Below, one piece after another: positions 37,379 to 50,436 of a DNA stretch of 64,000 nt (its first letter is position 1; each line of letters starts with the position of its first letter). Origin of the DNA: Hypanus sabinus (Eukaryota); contig NC_082712.1 in assembly GCF_030144855.1 (NCBI RefSeq), positions 89,900,001 through 89,964,000 on the forward strand, given 5' to 3'. The translations under genes were made by a program, and so were the position numbers. The notes under the pieces were generated by a model. That model saw nothing but the letters and a program-made list of their open reading frames with translations. It was not told the DNA's origin and did not search any database.

Positions 37379-40240
37379 TGGCTACGTCGCCTGGCCATCG
37401 GGATAGCCTCCTGTATGTCTGGGACAAGCAGTCGGGACGCCGCTTCTTGGTCGACACCAGAGCCGAGATCAGTGTCTTACCTCCGACGAGTTACGACACC
37501 CGCCACAGAGAACCGGGTCCCGCCCTATGGGCCGCGAACGGCAGCACTGCAAGGACCTACGGCACCCGTACGGTGCGGCTACTGTTCGGCTCCAGTCGGT
37601 TCACGTGGGACTTCACACTGGCCGCCGTAGCCCAACTGCTCCTGGGTGCGGATTTTTTGCGAGCTCACAGCCTACTGCTCGACCTGCCCAGGAAGAGACT
37701 GGTACACGCCGAGACCTTTCAGACGTTCTCCCTGGGTGCAGCCCAGTTGCCAGCCCCTCACCTCGGCTCCATCACGCTGTCTGACAACGACTTCACCAGA
37801 GTCTTGGCGGATTTCCCATCGGTTCTGGCACCGCAGTTCACGGCAGCCATGCCCAGATACGGCGTACAGCACCACATCTCGACACAAGGATCACCCCTCC
37901 ACGCCCGTGCTCGAAGGCTTCCCCCGGACAAGCTCCGACTGGCGAAGGAGGAGTTCCAGAGAATGGAGGAATTGGGGATCATCCGGCGGTCCGACAGCCC
38001 ATGGGCCTCCCCCCTGCACACGGTGCCCAAAGCGACGGGAGGCTGGAGACCGTGCGGCGACTATCGCAGGCTGAACGAGGCTACAACATCGGACCGCTAC
38101 CCTGTGCCGCACATTCAGGACTTTGCAGCAAACCTGCACGGCGCACGGATCTTCTCCAAGGTAGACCTCGTCCGGGGATACCATCAAATCCCAATGCATC
38201 CTGACGACGTCCCCAAAACGGTGCTCATCACCCCATTCGGCCTTTTCGAGTTCCTCCGCATGCCGTTCGGCCTGAAGAATGCCGCACAGACGTTCCAGTG
38301 GTTAATGGACGCGGTGGGACGTGACCTGGACTTCGCTTTCATCTATTTGGACGACATCCTCATAGCCAGCAGTACTCGTCAGGAGTACTGTCCCACCTCC
38401 GTCAACTCTACACCCGACTGAATGAATACGGCCCAACAATCAACCCGGCAAAATGCCAGTTCGGCCTCGACACCATCGATTTCCTGGGCCACAGGATTTC
38501 TAAAGACGGGGCAACCCCTCTGCCCGCTAAGATAGACGCAGTCCGCCATTTCCCCCGACCCAACAACCTTCAGGAATTCGTGGGTATGGTGAATTTCCAC
38601 CACCGCTTCCTCCCCTCAGCCCCCTGTTCGCCCTAATGTCGGGTAAGGGGAAGGACATTACCTGGGACGAAGAGTCCGCCGCCGCTTTCGTTAAAACCAA
38701 AGAAGCCTGGCAAATGCAGCGATGCTAGGGCACCCCAGAACGGACGTCCCTACCACCCTCACAGTGGACGCATCTAACACGGCAGTCAGTGGAGTGCTGG
38801 AACAACTCATCGAGGGTCGCTGGCAACCCCTGGCGTTCTTCAGCAAACACCTACGACCACCCGAACTCAAATACAGTGCTTTCGACCGGGAACTGTTGGC
38901 GCTATACCTGGTAAACCGGCATTTCAGGTACTTCTTGGAAGGTAGGCCCTTCACCGCGTTCATGGACCACAAACCTCTTACCTTTGCGTTCACGAAAGCA
39001 TCCGACCCCTGGTCGTCCCGCCAGCAGCGACATCTGTCCTACATCTCCGAATACACGACGGATGTCCGGCATGTCTCGGGAAGGACAACGGGCGGACGCT
39101 TCCTCCAGACCTAACATCCAAGCCCTGCCCCAGGGGTAGACTATGAAGCGCCGGCGGAGGCGCAGCAGGCAGACGAGGAGATCCCTAGTTACAGAACTGC
39201 AGTCTCCGGTTTGCAGCTCCAGGACCTCCCTGTAGACCCAGGTGAGAGGACCCTACTCTGTGACGTCACCACCGGCCAACCCCGCTCCTTTGTCCCAGCA
39301 GCCTGGCGGCGGCGCTTTTTCAACTCCATTCACAATTCAGCGAACCTCTCCATCAGGACAACTGTCCAGATGGTCTCCAACAGGTTCATTTGGCACGGAC
39401 TCCGCAAGCAGGTCAGTGAATGGGCCAAAACGTGCATGCACTGCCAAACAACCAAGGTGCAGCGGCACACCAAAGCCCCGCCGCAGCAGTACCACCCCAC
39501 CCGCCGGCGTTTCGACTACATTCATGTGGATATCGGGCCCCCTGCCAGTGTCGCGAGGAGCGCGGCACCTCCTGACTATCGTAGACCGGTTAACAAGATG
39601 GCCAGAAGCGGTCCCGTTCACCGATACCACCTCTGAATCCTGTCCCCGGGCACTGATTGCAACCTGGGTAACTCGCTTTGGTGTACCGGCCCACATTACC
39701 TCCGACAGAGGCGCCCAGTTCACCTCCAGCCTGTGGTCAGCTATGGCCAGCCTTTTGGAGACACAGCTGCACCACACCACTGCCTACCACCCACAGTCGA
39801 ACGGACTAGTGGAGCGTTTCCACCGTCACCGGAAGTCGGCTCTCATGGCCCGCCTGAAAGGGCCTAACTGGGTGGACGAGCTTCCCTGGGTCCTGCTTAG
39901 AATTCGTACAGCGCCCAAAGAGAATCTGCACACCTCGTCGGCCGAGTTGGTGTACGGCGCACCCCTGGTCGTCCCAGGAGAGTTCATACCAGCCACAAGG
40001 GGGCAAGAGGAAGAACCCGCAGCAGTCCTGGATAGGCTACGCGAGAGGTTCGGTAACCTGGCCCCCATACCCACTTCGCAGCATGGGCAGAACCCGACCT
40101 GCGTACCCAAAGACCTGCAGAACTGTAAGTTTGTTTTTGTACGACGGGGCGGACACCGGGCACCGCTACAGCGGCCCTACGAGGGGCCGTTTACGGTGAT
40201 CAGAAACAACGGGTCCACATTCGTGCTGGACATTGGGGGG
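37351..40240 (+). pseudogene. pol: Pol (protease, RT, RNase H, integrase) with several frameshifts and a truncated integrase C-terminus
   Basis: LVDTRAEIS, WASPLH, YLDDILI, VDASNTAV, TDHK-type motif (MDHK), HHCC remnant, TSDRGAQF, NGLVERFH. Confidence 0.9.
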
Positions 40241-40799
40241 ACCCACTTCCCAGCGCAATGGAACCGACTCTCAAAGCGGCGTGCGCCGGCATTGAGGCCG
40301 GCCCCAAAGAGGGCGCCAAGCCTGCTTCACCAGCGAGGGGAAAAGCCCGCGTGCGGGACGGGACTGTGAATACGCGCCCCCTACAGCATTCCCGCCCGGG
40401 AGGCCTTAAAGCGAGGCCGCGAAGTTTGAATAAATCTCTTTTGCAACTGCAGCTCACCGAATGTTTGTCGTTATTTCAGCGCTGCCTGTAACACACCGCT
40501 ACAAATTCATCAGAAACTGAAGTCTATTTCAGTGCAAAGTCACAGTTGCCAAAATGTCACTGAGCTCTAGTTATGACGGCTGTGCCGGTTGGTTCAGGAA
40601 ACTAGTGGTTGAATGGAAGGAGGTCTTCTTTACCTCAGTGATATGGGATCTTTGGCTTCTGTACCTCCTGTCTGTGAGCAGATGCAATGGCCTAGATGCT
40701 CCAGATATTCAATGACGGATGTTGCATTCTTGAAGCGCCCCCCCCCCCCCCGTTTACTTTACCGATGGTGCGGAGGGATGTGACTGTGATGTACAGTAT

Positions 40800-42185
40800 G
40801 ACATTGCACGATAGACAGTTGGGGGGAGGGGAAGGAGGGCAAGGTGGAAGGTGCAGCTACGTTGGTGGGAACGGTAAAGGGCTGGAGAGGTACTAACCTG
40901 ATAGGAGATGAGAATGGACCATGGGAGAAACGGAAGAAGGAGAGGCATGGGTTTGTAGAAGGGGTAGGAGGCCACAATGTGGAATAGGAGAGGAAAAAAA
41001 GGAGAGAAAAACGTTAACAGATGGAGAAATCATTCTCCATTCCTTCACGTTAGATGCTACTTAGACGGAATATGATGTATTGCTTCTCCATCCGGAGTGG
41101 CTTAATCATAGCAAATATGGAGACAATTGGAAGGGGAATGGGGATAGGAATTAAAATGGTTAATCATGGATGGAGTGGAGTTGCTGGTGAAAATGGTCAG
41201 CAAATTTACCCCCGGTCTCTCCATGATGTAGATGAAGTTGCATCGAATAGAAGAAACCAGCAGATTCGCAGGGGAAGTGTGGCCTCAACTGTGAGGACTA
41301 CTTGGGGACCCTGATCGAGGTTAGAGAGGAAGTTGAGAGAGGCAGATATAGCATTTCTTTCACTTGCAGGGTGTGAGCCAGGAGGGCAGGAATGAGATTA
41401 ATAAGGAGCTTGCAATAGACAGGAAATTATGGAGGGAGCAAGCCCTGTGGAATGCAGAGTGAGGGTGAGGAGATAAAGATGTGTATGGCGGCGGGATCCC
41501 GTTGAAGATGGTGGAAGCTCTGGTGAACTTTGTATTGGATGTGGAGGCGAATGTGGTGATAAGTGAGGACATGTGGAACTCTATTCCAGCTAAAACTACT
41601 GGAAGATGGTGCAAGTGCAGAGATACGGGAAATTGAGAAGATGTGGTTGATGGCAACATCAACTCAACCCCAGTTTGAAAATGAAGACATCTTTAATGTC
41701 CTGGAAAGGAAAGCCTCATCCTGGGAACAGGTGTGCTGGATGAAATGCAGATGGCATAGACGAAGGAATGGAGGAAATGGAATTGCATTTTTACATGAGA
41801 CCAGGTGGTGAGAGCTGTACTCCAAACTAATGGCATGAACATCGATTTCTCCTTTCAGTATTTTCCATCTATTCCTCACTCTGACCTTTTACACTGTCTT
41901 CTAACTAGTCCAATCAACTCTCTCTGGTGCACCCTTTCTTCCCTATCCCTCATGGTCCACACTCCTCTCCTATATCAGATTCCTTCTTCTCCAACCTCTA
42001 GCCTCAACTCTAACTAGTCCTCTTTCTGACCCCGCCCCCACCTTTTTATTCAGGCATTATATCCTTCCTCCCCAGTGCAGAAGAAGGGTTTCAGCCTGAA
42101 ATTGCAACTGTGTATTCATTTCGATTGATGCATCTTGACCTGCACAGCTCTGCCAGTGTTCTGTGCGTGTTCCTCTGGATTTCCA
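40800..42185 (-). mobile_element. Penelope-like remnant with inverted terminal segment (switch at about 41818)
   Basis: Paralogue of 8620-9915 plus 14972-15120, uninterrupted here. Confidence 0.65.
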
Positions 42186-43214
42186 GCAAGTTTCAATGCC
42201 CTGTGTTTCTGGAATTGCACTATGAATATATTCCTCAAAAAAACTAAAGAGGAAACAGTTCAAAATAAATGTCAACATCATTAAACAGTATTAGTCATCC
42301 AAGCAATGAAAATATCCCGCATATATGGAAACTGGTTCTGGGTCTTTTATTACAGAGATAACAATCAGACGTTGCACATAAACCATACATCCTTGGAAGA
42401 TGTCGGATCACTAGGATGCTAAGGTTGGCCTCTGTCCCTGCTGCCTCCATCTCTGTCACTGTGACATGATCTCATTTGTCGTTTCCCGTTTCATTTCCCG
42501 TTTCAACCAATGCCCGGTCTAAGGTTACACCGTCTATCCCGAAACTGTCTGGGAGAATTCGTTCTCAGAGCTGGGTCTCCTGGACTGTCTCCTTCTTCAC
42601 TCTTTGAGTGTAGGCATCTGGAAACAGGCAGATGGAATTTTAATTGTGAACTAAACTGGCAGAGATGATGCGACTGGTCGTCAGGACATGTGCTTATCCA
42701 AGCAGGTGACAGCCAAACAGTACTGTGCAAAAGACTTAGGCTCGTACATTTACTGTAGCTAGGGTGCCTAAGAGTTTTGCATAGTACTGTGTTTGTCAAC
42801 ATGGAGCGGAGCGGGAGTTTGTAAATCTACCGGCAGCAAAGGATTTATGCACTGTTGCAGACACACCCAGCCCTGAGACACTACACAAGTCCAGTCTGAT
42901 TCCAGACAATTGCTTTATTGATCATTATGGAAAATCTCTCTGCTGCTCCCAGCTCTTTCCCCTCTACCTTCCCCTTTTCCCAACAATAATTCCCCTTTCC
43001 CTACCCCCTTCTCACTCTTGGTCCAAGTTAGAAACCCATAGTAGAATCAGGCTTATCATCATTCACTTACATCATGAAATTTGATTTTCTTTTAGCAAAG
43101 CAGGGTATAATGCATAAAACTACTACAAGGGTCTCAGGCACAATACTGTTCACAGACTGATGATGAACAGACAGACTTGGGGAGCAATGATCTATACCCA
43201 TCACTGTGGCGCTG

Positions 43215-46200
43215 AGAATATGGTGCTGAGCAGCACTCCAGAGAACACGGAGTGGAGTCGTTAATTGGAAACTGTACAGACGTGACAGGACATTCCTGCA
43301 TGGGTCTGACAAAAATTTTTGATGGGAAACCCAGTCTCTATAAAGGAGAGATATCACTTAGCCAAGCAGTCATCGTGGGAGCAGTCTGAGTCAGAGTTGA
43401 CTGCTTTGGCCCAAACAAGACTTTGGCAAGAACAGGTGGAATCTAGGTAAGTTCATTCCCTATTTCTTATTCAATTCTAGAGAGGGTCTATATCTACAGA
43501 GCCAGGGTTCTGCTCTGAGCATCAGATGTGGGATTTCCAGGGCACTCTCTGTCTCTTTGTTTGCCACTTTGAGATGCAGCTCCTTAGAGACAGTGTTAGG
43601 GAACTGGAGTTACAGCTCAATGACCTTCAACTTGTTGAGGAAACTGAAGCAATGATAGACAGAAGCTACAGGGATGTAGTCACCATTTTGAGTACCCCAT
43701 TTTGAATACTGTTGGGGGAGGGAGGGAATGACCTACCTGGGGGAAACAACTACAGCCGTGTCTCTGGCACTTAGTCAGGTCCTGTGACTCAGGAGAGTAG
43801 GGAACTAAAGAGAATGGCAGCAATAATATGGACCCTATAGTCAGGGGGACAGATAGTTCATTCTGTGGACGCAAAAAGGAAACACAGATAGTAATTTGCC
43901 TCCCAGGTGCCAGAATCTGTGATGTTTCTAGATGTGCCCACAATAACTTGAAGGCTGCGAAGGGAGCAGCCAGAAATCCTGATACATATTGGTATAAACA
44001 ACATGGGAAGAAAAAATGGAGGAGATCCTGAAAAAAAGAATATACGGAGTTAGGAAGGAAGCTGAGAAGCAGGACCTCAAGGGTAGAAATCTCTGGACTG
44101 CTGCCTGTGCCAAGCACAGTGAGGATAGGAATACAATGAGTTGGCAGACAAATACATGACTGAAGAATTTAAGCAAGGAGCAGGGGATTAGATTTCTGGA
44201 TAATGGGGACCTCTTCTGGCGCAGGTGGGACCTGTACATAAGGGACGTGTAGAACTTGAATCAAAGGGGAACCTTTATTCTTGCAGGCAGATTACAAGAG
44301 CTTTTGAGAGTGGTTTACACTAATATGGCAGGGGTGATGGCAACCAGGATGATAGAGCTGAGACTGAGCCAGTAGGTTTATAAGTCGATAATAGGTGGAA
44401 GTTGAATGTAAGGACGGACAAGCCAATGATTCAGTACAAGTGCAGACAGAGCAAGGAGTTAACTTGCACCACAGCGGCAAAGTTCAAAAGGGCAAAGAAT
44501 GCAGGACTGAAGCTGTTGTATTTAAATGCCCATCGCATTCAGAATAAGGTGCAGGAACTCGTGGCACAATTAGAGAATGGACAGTATGACATTGTGGGCA
44601 TAACTAAGTCGTGGCTGAAAGAAGGCCATAGTTGGGAGCTTAACATCAAGGGATATGCTTTATATCGAAAAGCAAAAAGGCGTAGAAAGGCAGGAAGGCA
44701 TTAGCAGTGGTGTGGATCTGTTGGAAAGAGATGGATTTACATCTTTAGAAAGAGATGCCATCGGGTCAGAGAACTGTGAATCCTTGTGTGTGGAGTTAAG
44801 AAATTGCAAGGATATAAAAACCATTCCGGCAATCATATATAGGCCTCCAAATAGAAGCCAGGATGTGGGGTTGAGATTGCAAAGGGGGTGGGAAAAGGCA
44901 TGTAATGAGCGTAATGATACAATTGTAATGGGGGACTTCAATATGCAAGTGGACTGGGAAAATTAGAATGGTGCTTAGATCACAAGACAGGGAACGTGTT
45001 GAATGCCTACACGGTGGCTTTTTTAGAGCAGCTTGTGCTTAGGCTTACTCGGGAAAGGCTATCTTCGATTGGGGCTATGTATTAACGCTGATCTTATTAA
45101 GCGCTTATCATAAAGGAACCCTAAGGAGACAGTGACCATAATATAATTGAATTCAATTTCAGTCAGAGAAGCGTAACACATCTGGTCAGTATCACAATGG
45201 AATAAAGTGAATTACATTGCCCAGCTGGATTGGGGGAGGATACTGGCAGGGCTATCAGCAGAGCGTAGATGACTGAAGTTCCTGGGAGTATTTCAGAAGG
45301 CACAGGATAGGTATGTCCCACAGACATTCTCACATGGCAGGAGTAGGCAATCTTGGCTGACAAGTGGACTTAAGGACTGCATAAAAGCCAAGGAAATGAC
45401 ATAAGCTAGCAAAACTGAGTGGAAAGTTGGATGATTGGAAACCTTTAAAAGATCTTTGACAAAAGTCAAAGCTATAAGAAGGGAAAAGTTGAAATATGTG
45501 GACACAGTAATGTAAAGCTGAATACCAGAAGTTTTTTTTCAGTTATATAAAGAATGAAACGGAGGTTAGAGTTGATATTGGACCACTAGAAAATGACGCT
45601 GGTGAGGTAGTAACGGGCGACAAAGAAATGGCAGATGAACTAAATGGGTACTCTGCATCTATCTTCACTGTGGAAGACACTAGCAGTGTGACAGAAGTCC
45701 GTGAGTGTCAGACAGCAGGAGTGAGTGCCATTGCTATTACAAAGGAAAATGTGCTAGGTAAACTCAAAGGTCTTAAGGTGGATAAGTCACCTTGGCCAGA
45801 TGGACTACATCCTAGTGTACTGAGAGATCGCGGATTCATTGGTCATCATCTTTCAAGAATCGCTTGATTCTGGCATGGTTCTGGCAGACTGGAAAATTGC
45901 AAATGTCACTCCACTCTTTAAGGAAGGATGACAAAAGAGAGGAAGTTAGCCAAGCTTCAGTGCTTGGGAAAGTGTTGGAGTACATTACTAATCTCTTAGA
46001 GTTCTTTGAGGAAGTACTGACATGGATAGAGGAATGGCTGACAGGCAGGAGGCAGCAACTGAGAATAAAACAGTCTTTTCTGATTGGCTGCCAGTGACTC
46101 GTGGTGTTCCTCAGTGGTCAGTTTTGGGACCGCTACTTTTCAAATTGTTTGTGAATGATTTAGATGATGGAAATGATGGCTTTGGCCACATTTCGCGGAT

Positions 46201-47080
46201 GATACGAAGATGGGTGGAGAGATGGGTAGTGCTGAGGAAGCAATGTAGATACAACAGGACAGAGATAAATTGGAACAATGAGTAAAAGAAGTGGCAGATG
46301 AAATACAATATTGGGAAATATATGCTAATGCATTTTGGAAAAAGGAACAATAGTGTGGACTATTATCTAAATGGGGAGACAATTCAAACAAAAGATGTGC
46401 AAGCAGACCTAGGGGTCCTCATGGAGACCTAGGGACACCCAGAAGGTTAATTCTGTGGTAGAGAAGGCAAGTGCAATGTTGGCATTTATTTCAAGGAGAT
46501 AATGGTGAGGCTTAATAAGACATTAGTCAAGCCGCACTTGGACTACTGTCAATAGTTTTGGACCCCGTATCACAGAAAGGATGTATTGTCAATTCAGTGG
46601 AGGTCCATGGGTATAATTCTGGTAATGAAGGAGTTAACACATGAGTGGAATTTGGCAGCTTTGGGCCTATACTCACTGAGATTTAGAAGAAGTCATGGGG
46701 ATCTCATTGAAACCTACAGGATGTTGAAAGAACTAGATATGGTGCACGTGGAGTGAATGTTTCCTATGGTCCGTGTATCCAGAACTAGAGGGCACAACCT
46801 CAAAATTGAGGGGCGACCCTTTAGAAAACAGGTAAGGGGGATTTTTTTTTTAGCCAGAGGGTTGTAAATCTGTGGAATGCTCTACCACAGACTTAGAGAG
46901 AGGACAAATCTGGGTGTATTTCAGGCGGAAATTGATCATCTCCTGATCAGTCAGAGCATCAAAGGTTCAGGCAAGAAGGCAGGTGGGTTGGTCGGATCTG
47001 GGATCAGCCATGATGGAATAGCAGAGCAGAATCTATGGGCTGAATGGCCACATTCTGCTCCTGTGTTTTATGGTCTTATG
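43215..47080 (+). mobile_element. Long decayed CR1 (ORF1 esterase, ORF2, 3' UTR)
   Basis: PIVRGTDSSFCG...ICLPGARI; YLNAHRIQNKVQEL; [16 protein letters not shown]; typical 3' end. Confidence 0.85.
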
Positions 47081-47439
47081 GACACTTAGCAGCTATCATA
47101 TTAGGTGTAGCTGTACACCTATTGGTTAATGAAAATATTTAATCAGCCAGTTACGTGGCACAAACTCAATGCAAAAAAAAAACACATGTAAATATGGTCG
47201 AGGTTCAGATGTTGTTCAAACCAACATGGACATGGACTCAGTATCTCCGAAATAGTTGATCTCCTGTGAATTACATGCATAACAGTCTCTAGACTTTACA
47301 GATAATGCTGGGAATATCACAAAAAAAAACAGTGAGCAGATGTTCTGTGGACGAAAGCACCTTGTTAATGTGAGAGATGAGAGGAGAACGACCAGTCTGG
47401 TTCAAGGTGACAGTGACTCAAATGCGTATATGTTCCAAC

Positions 47440-49309
47440 CAGGGCTGGTTTTAGTGGGGCTGGGGGCCCTAATGGCCCCTGCCAACCCCGTAAAATGCTG
47501 CTGTACCAAGCAAAAAAGGCAAGAACAAGAGAAAAGGTTGTCCTGGTCTAAGAATCAAAGCTGTGGACCAAGACATCGGTTTAGTACAATATGTAGGCTG
47601 TAAACCTACAGACCTTAAGAGGGAGGACAGAAAGTAATGCAGATTCCTAATTTGAAGGACAGCATCCAAAGCACTCAAAAATTGACCCAGGCTTAGTAAA
47701 GTTATGAGGGAGACGAAGTGTGATGTACCCAATCTTAAATCTTTATTTAGCTATTGCTGCACATCTCATGCACTTTATTTCTCAAACAATGCCAAAGCAT
47801 TTTTATCCCGGTATTTTTCTCAATCGTGTTTTCTGATAAAGTAAAGTGGAAATGAGAGACAAAAAGGCCAAGAGAGATGGCACTGTGGCAAACTAGGAAA
47901 CTTGACAATACTCCAACAATCTGTCTGAAAAATGAGATTTAGCACATACTGCTGTGCTGTGTGGCTTCCAGAGTAAAGATGACTTATTACTTTCTAGGTT
48001 TGTAAACAGTCAACTATTAGCCTATTGCCACAAAAACAGGAACAGCACTAACACACAAGTCTTGATATTTACAAAGTCAGATGCTTGTTTTTCAAAATTA
48101 TAGCCTAGTTCTTCTGGATTTCTTCGCAGCAAAATCCTTGATCAGATCACTAAAATCCAGTTTCTGAACTAGATCGCTTTCAAATGACATCAGAGTAAGA
48201 TGAGTCAGCCTGTCCTGTCCTATTGTGGATCTGAGCCTATTCTTCACTAGCTTCAGCTTGGAGAAACATCGCTCACCACTTGCATTTCTGACAGGGAGAG
48301 TCAGGTAAAAGTCTCAAAGCAATGCTTACATTTGGGAAGATGACCTTCAAGCTTTATTCTCTGATGAAGCATAGAAGATCTGTTGCGGATGAAGTAAGTT
48401 TGCTACTTACAAGTTTCCTGAAATGGACAATCTTCTCCACAAGGTCTAACTCCAGATCAGCGGAATATCTGTTTTGGAGATTAGATGCTCTCTTGCGCAG
48501 ATCTTGTACAGAGAGCGAAAGGATAGTGGTTTTCGCTATTTTCACGCTCTCCTATACGCTCAGCGGCATGTTTCCAGTTGCTAAAGCCAGTTTGGAAGAT
48601 GGGCTGAAGATGTGGCATGCAAAACAAAACACACAGGCAGTGGAAGGGGAATACAAGAGCCATTGCCTTGATATGTACTCACCATTTACGAGCTTGCATT
48701 TGAAGTGAAATTTGGAGAAAAAACGTCTCTGCTGTTTGTATATTCATTCCAAGGCTTTGATATCCACATCCTTATTCTGGCAGGACTCAGGCCCTTTCTC
48801 AGCCCAGTATGCTCAGACAGAATCATCTAACATTTCCTTTCCCAGCGAGCAGGATCTGTGCTGTAAAGATCCTCAGTAGCGGTTACGGTAACATTAATGG
48901 CATCCAGCTTGGTTGTTTGGAGGCCTCTGTGGTCGGGAATCCCAAAGTCATGCTCTCTGCCTCTTCAGCGTTATCTGCTGACTGTGGCAAGGATGGTGGT
49001 CCTGTGCTAATGCTGGTGCTAGCACTAGCTGTTGAATAAGTCTCCATTTGTCCGGCGGTCTCAGACTGTGACAAGAGCAATGGTACTGCTGCATCATCGA
49101 GAACAGGTTAAAACAATTCTGGCTATTTCAATGCCCTTTTTAATGCTTCTTTCTCATGGTCCTCTTTTTCTTGTTCCCTTTTTTCTTTTCTGTGTGCCAC
49201 TTTCATTTTTTTTTTGTCCACCATGATGATAGCTACCTATTCTGGGCCCCTCTGCAGCTCTGGGCACTGGGCTGCAGCCCAGCCTAGCCCTGCCTAAAGT
49301 CCGGGCCTG
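47440..49309 (-). mobile_element. Internally deleted hAT DNA transposon with 8-bp TSD
   Basis: TSD gttccaac at 47432-47439 and 49310-49317; imperfect TIRs cagggctggttttag / ctaaagtccgggcctg; C-terminal dimerisation-domain remnant (VSIALRLLLTLPVRNASGERCFSKLKL) at about 48230-48330. Empty sites near 22350 and 52965. Confidence 0.9.
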
Positions 49310-49625
49310 GTTCCAACAGTGGAGTGCAGAAGAGCATCTCTGAATGCACAAACATCTAACCTTGACATGGATGGGCAGGACGAGCTGTTTCAAATGCTAA
49401 TTTGTTTAACTGTATACACCTGTATGGATGTGTGAAGATTAATGTTGAAACTGATCTTGAAGCCAACACTGAGTTCCACTCTTGCACCAAATAGAATGGC
49501 TACTGAGTAAAGAGCAGGACATCACAGGAAAAGGCCTTTTGACCCACGATGTTGAACTGATCTAATAAAACTAGCAATGGCATTGTTAACTAACCTGGCT
49601 ACACAAACAAGTCTCTCCATTCTCT

Positions 49626-49702
49626 TCATGTCCATGGGAGGAGGTGGTCATTTAAAACTGTTGCAAAAGTTGGTGCATCTCTGGAATTCTTGGCAAAATC
49701 AT
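49626..49702 (-). CDS. Orphan putative tail exon, copy 2 (DDFAKNSRDAPTFATVLNDHLLPWT*)
   Basis: Acceptor gctccAG, open frame, paralogue of 22740-22670. Confidence 0.45.
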
Positions 49703-50094
49703 CTGGAGCATTTCAGATTGGAAGGGGATGGACTTTCTAACATTTTGATATTGAGGCTTCTCGCAAAAGTCAGGGAAAGTGAGATGATGCCTGGGGTACA
49801 TCTGCCAAAGTTTAATTAAAAACTGGGGCGTATTTGAGGGGTCGAGTAGCCTAATTCTGTTCCTATTTTCAGAAGGGGACATGAGGGGGATGGATGGGCT
49901 TGCCATGCTGATAATCACTATGACGGAGTTTTCAGTGAAGGAGGATGGGGTATTACAAAATCTGGAACCATCATTCAGAGCCCCAGTTTGGCTTGACTGT
50001 GGATGGTACATAAACGATCCACCAAGTCTAATGGGAGGCTGACACGATGCATGTAGTCGGACAGGGATCTGCAAGAACAGAGAATGCAGGTTAC

Positions 50095-50250
50095 CTGTAA
50101 CTGAGTTCCTCTTGATCAGGTAAATGCCCACGGTCCACACCACTGCCAGCAGTCCCAGAACCAGCGCTGTCCGGATCATCAGGATGGAGCTGTGGCTCAG
50201 GTTCCACATCTCGTGAGTTACTGTGGTCACTGTTGGGATCAATGAACATC
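50095..50250 (-). CDS. Orphan Arg-TM exon, copy 2 (GCSLIPTVTTVTHEMWNLSHSSILMIRTALVLGLLAVVWTVGIYLIKRNSVT)
   Basis: Intact AG and GT sites, 156 nt (in-frame +9 nt relative to TM1), open frame. Confidence 0.65.
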
Positions 50251-50436
50251 CTGTGAGTTGTGATCCAGATCAGTGACTGAGACATAGGAGGAGAGGGTGG
50301 AGGGAACAACCGGTTGTGAAGGACTGGGGTAACACATGGGGTCAAGTTTGGAGATTGTGACCCAATGCTACAGGAGAGGGGAGAGTCAGGGGCACTGGAG
50401 GGGGGATCTGAATAATCCTGAGGTGTCTCTGACTCT

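Larger units (their letters stand above)
36359..40503 (+). mobile_element. Ty3/Gypsy LTR retrotransposon of the CsRn1 lineage: 5' LTR 36359-36644, PBS, gag, pol, 3' LTR about 40240-40503, 4-bp TSD aatt
   Basis: TG...CA termini; aatt at 36355-36358 and 40504-40507; empty site tatacaattcatt at about 8325-8337; tRNA-Trp PBS; CHCC gag motif. Confidence 0.92.
27018..50435. repeat. Segmental duplication copy B
   Basis: Same block series as copy A, interrupted by B-specific SINE, two Gypsy elements and a hAT element. Confidence 0.9.

Noticed and set aside
36880-40457. Many antisense and alternative-frame ORFs in the Gypsy element
   Set aside because: By-products of high GC and codon structure of gag-pol.
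36359-40503. Contamination or mis-assembly as the explanation for the CpG-rich block
   Set aside because: A perfect TSD and a matching empty site in duplication copy A indicate a real insertion.
49652-50242. 196-aa ORF reading through the TM2 donor as a long cytoplasmic tail with YQNV
   Set aside because: The same frame is closed by stops or frameshifts in the other copies, while the GT donor is conserved. A Tyr-based motif is not supported.
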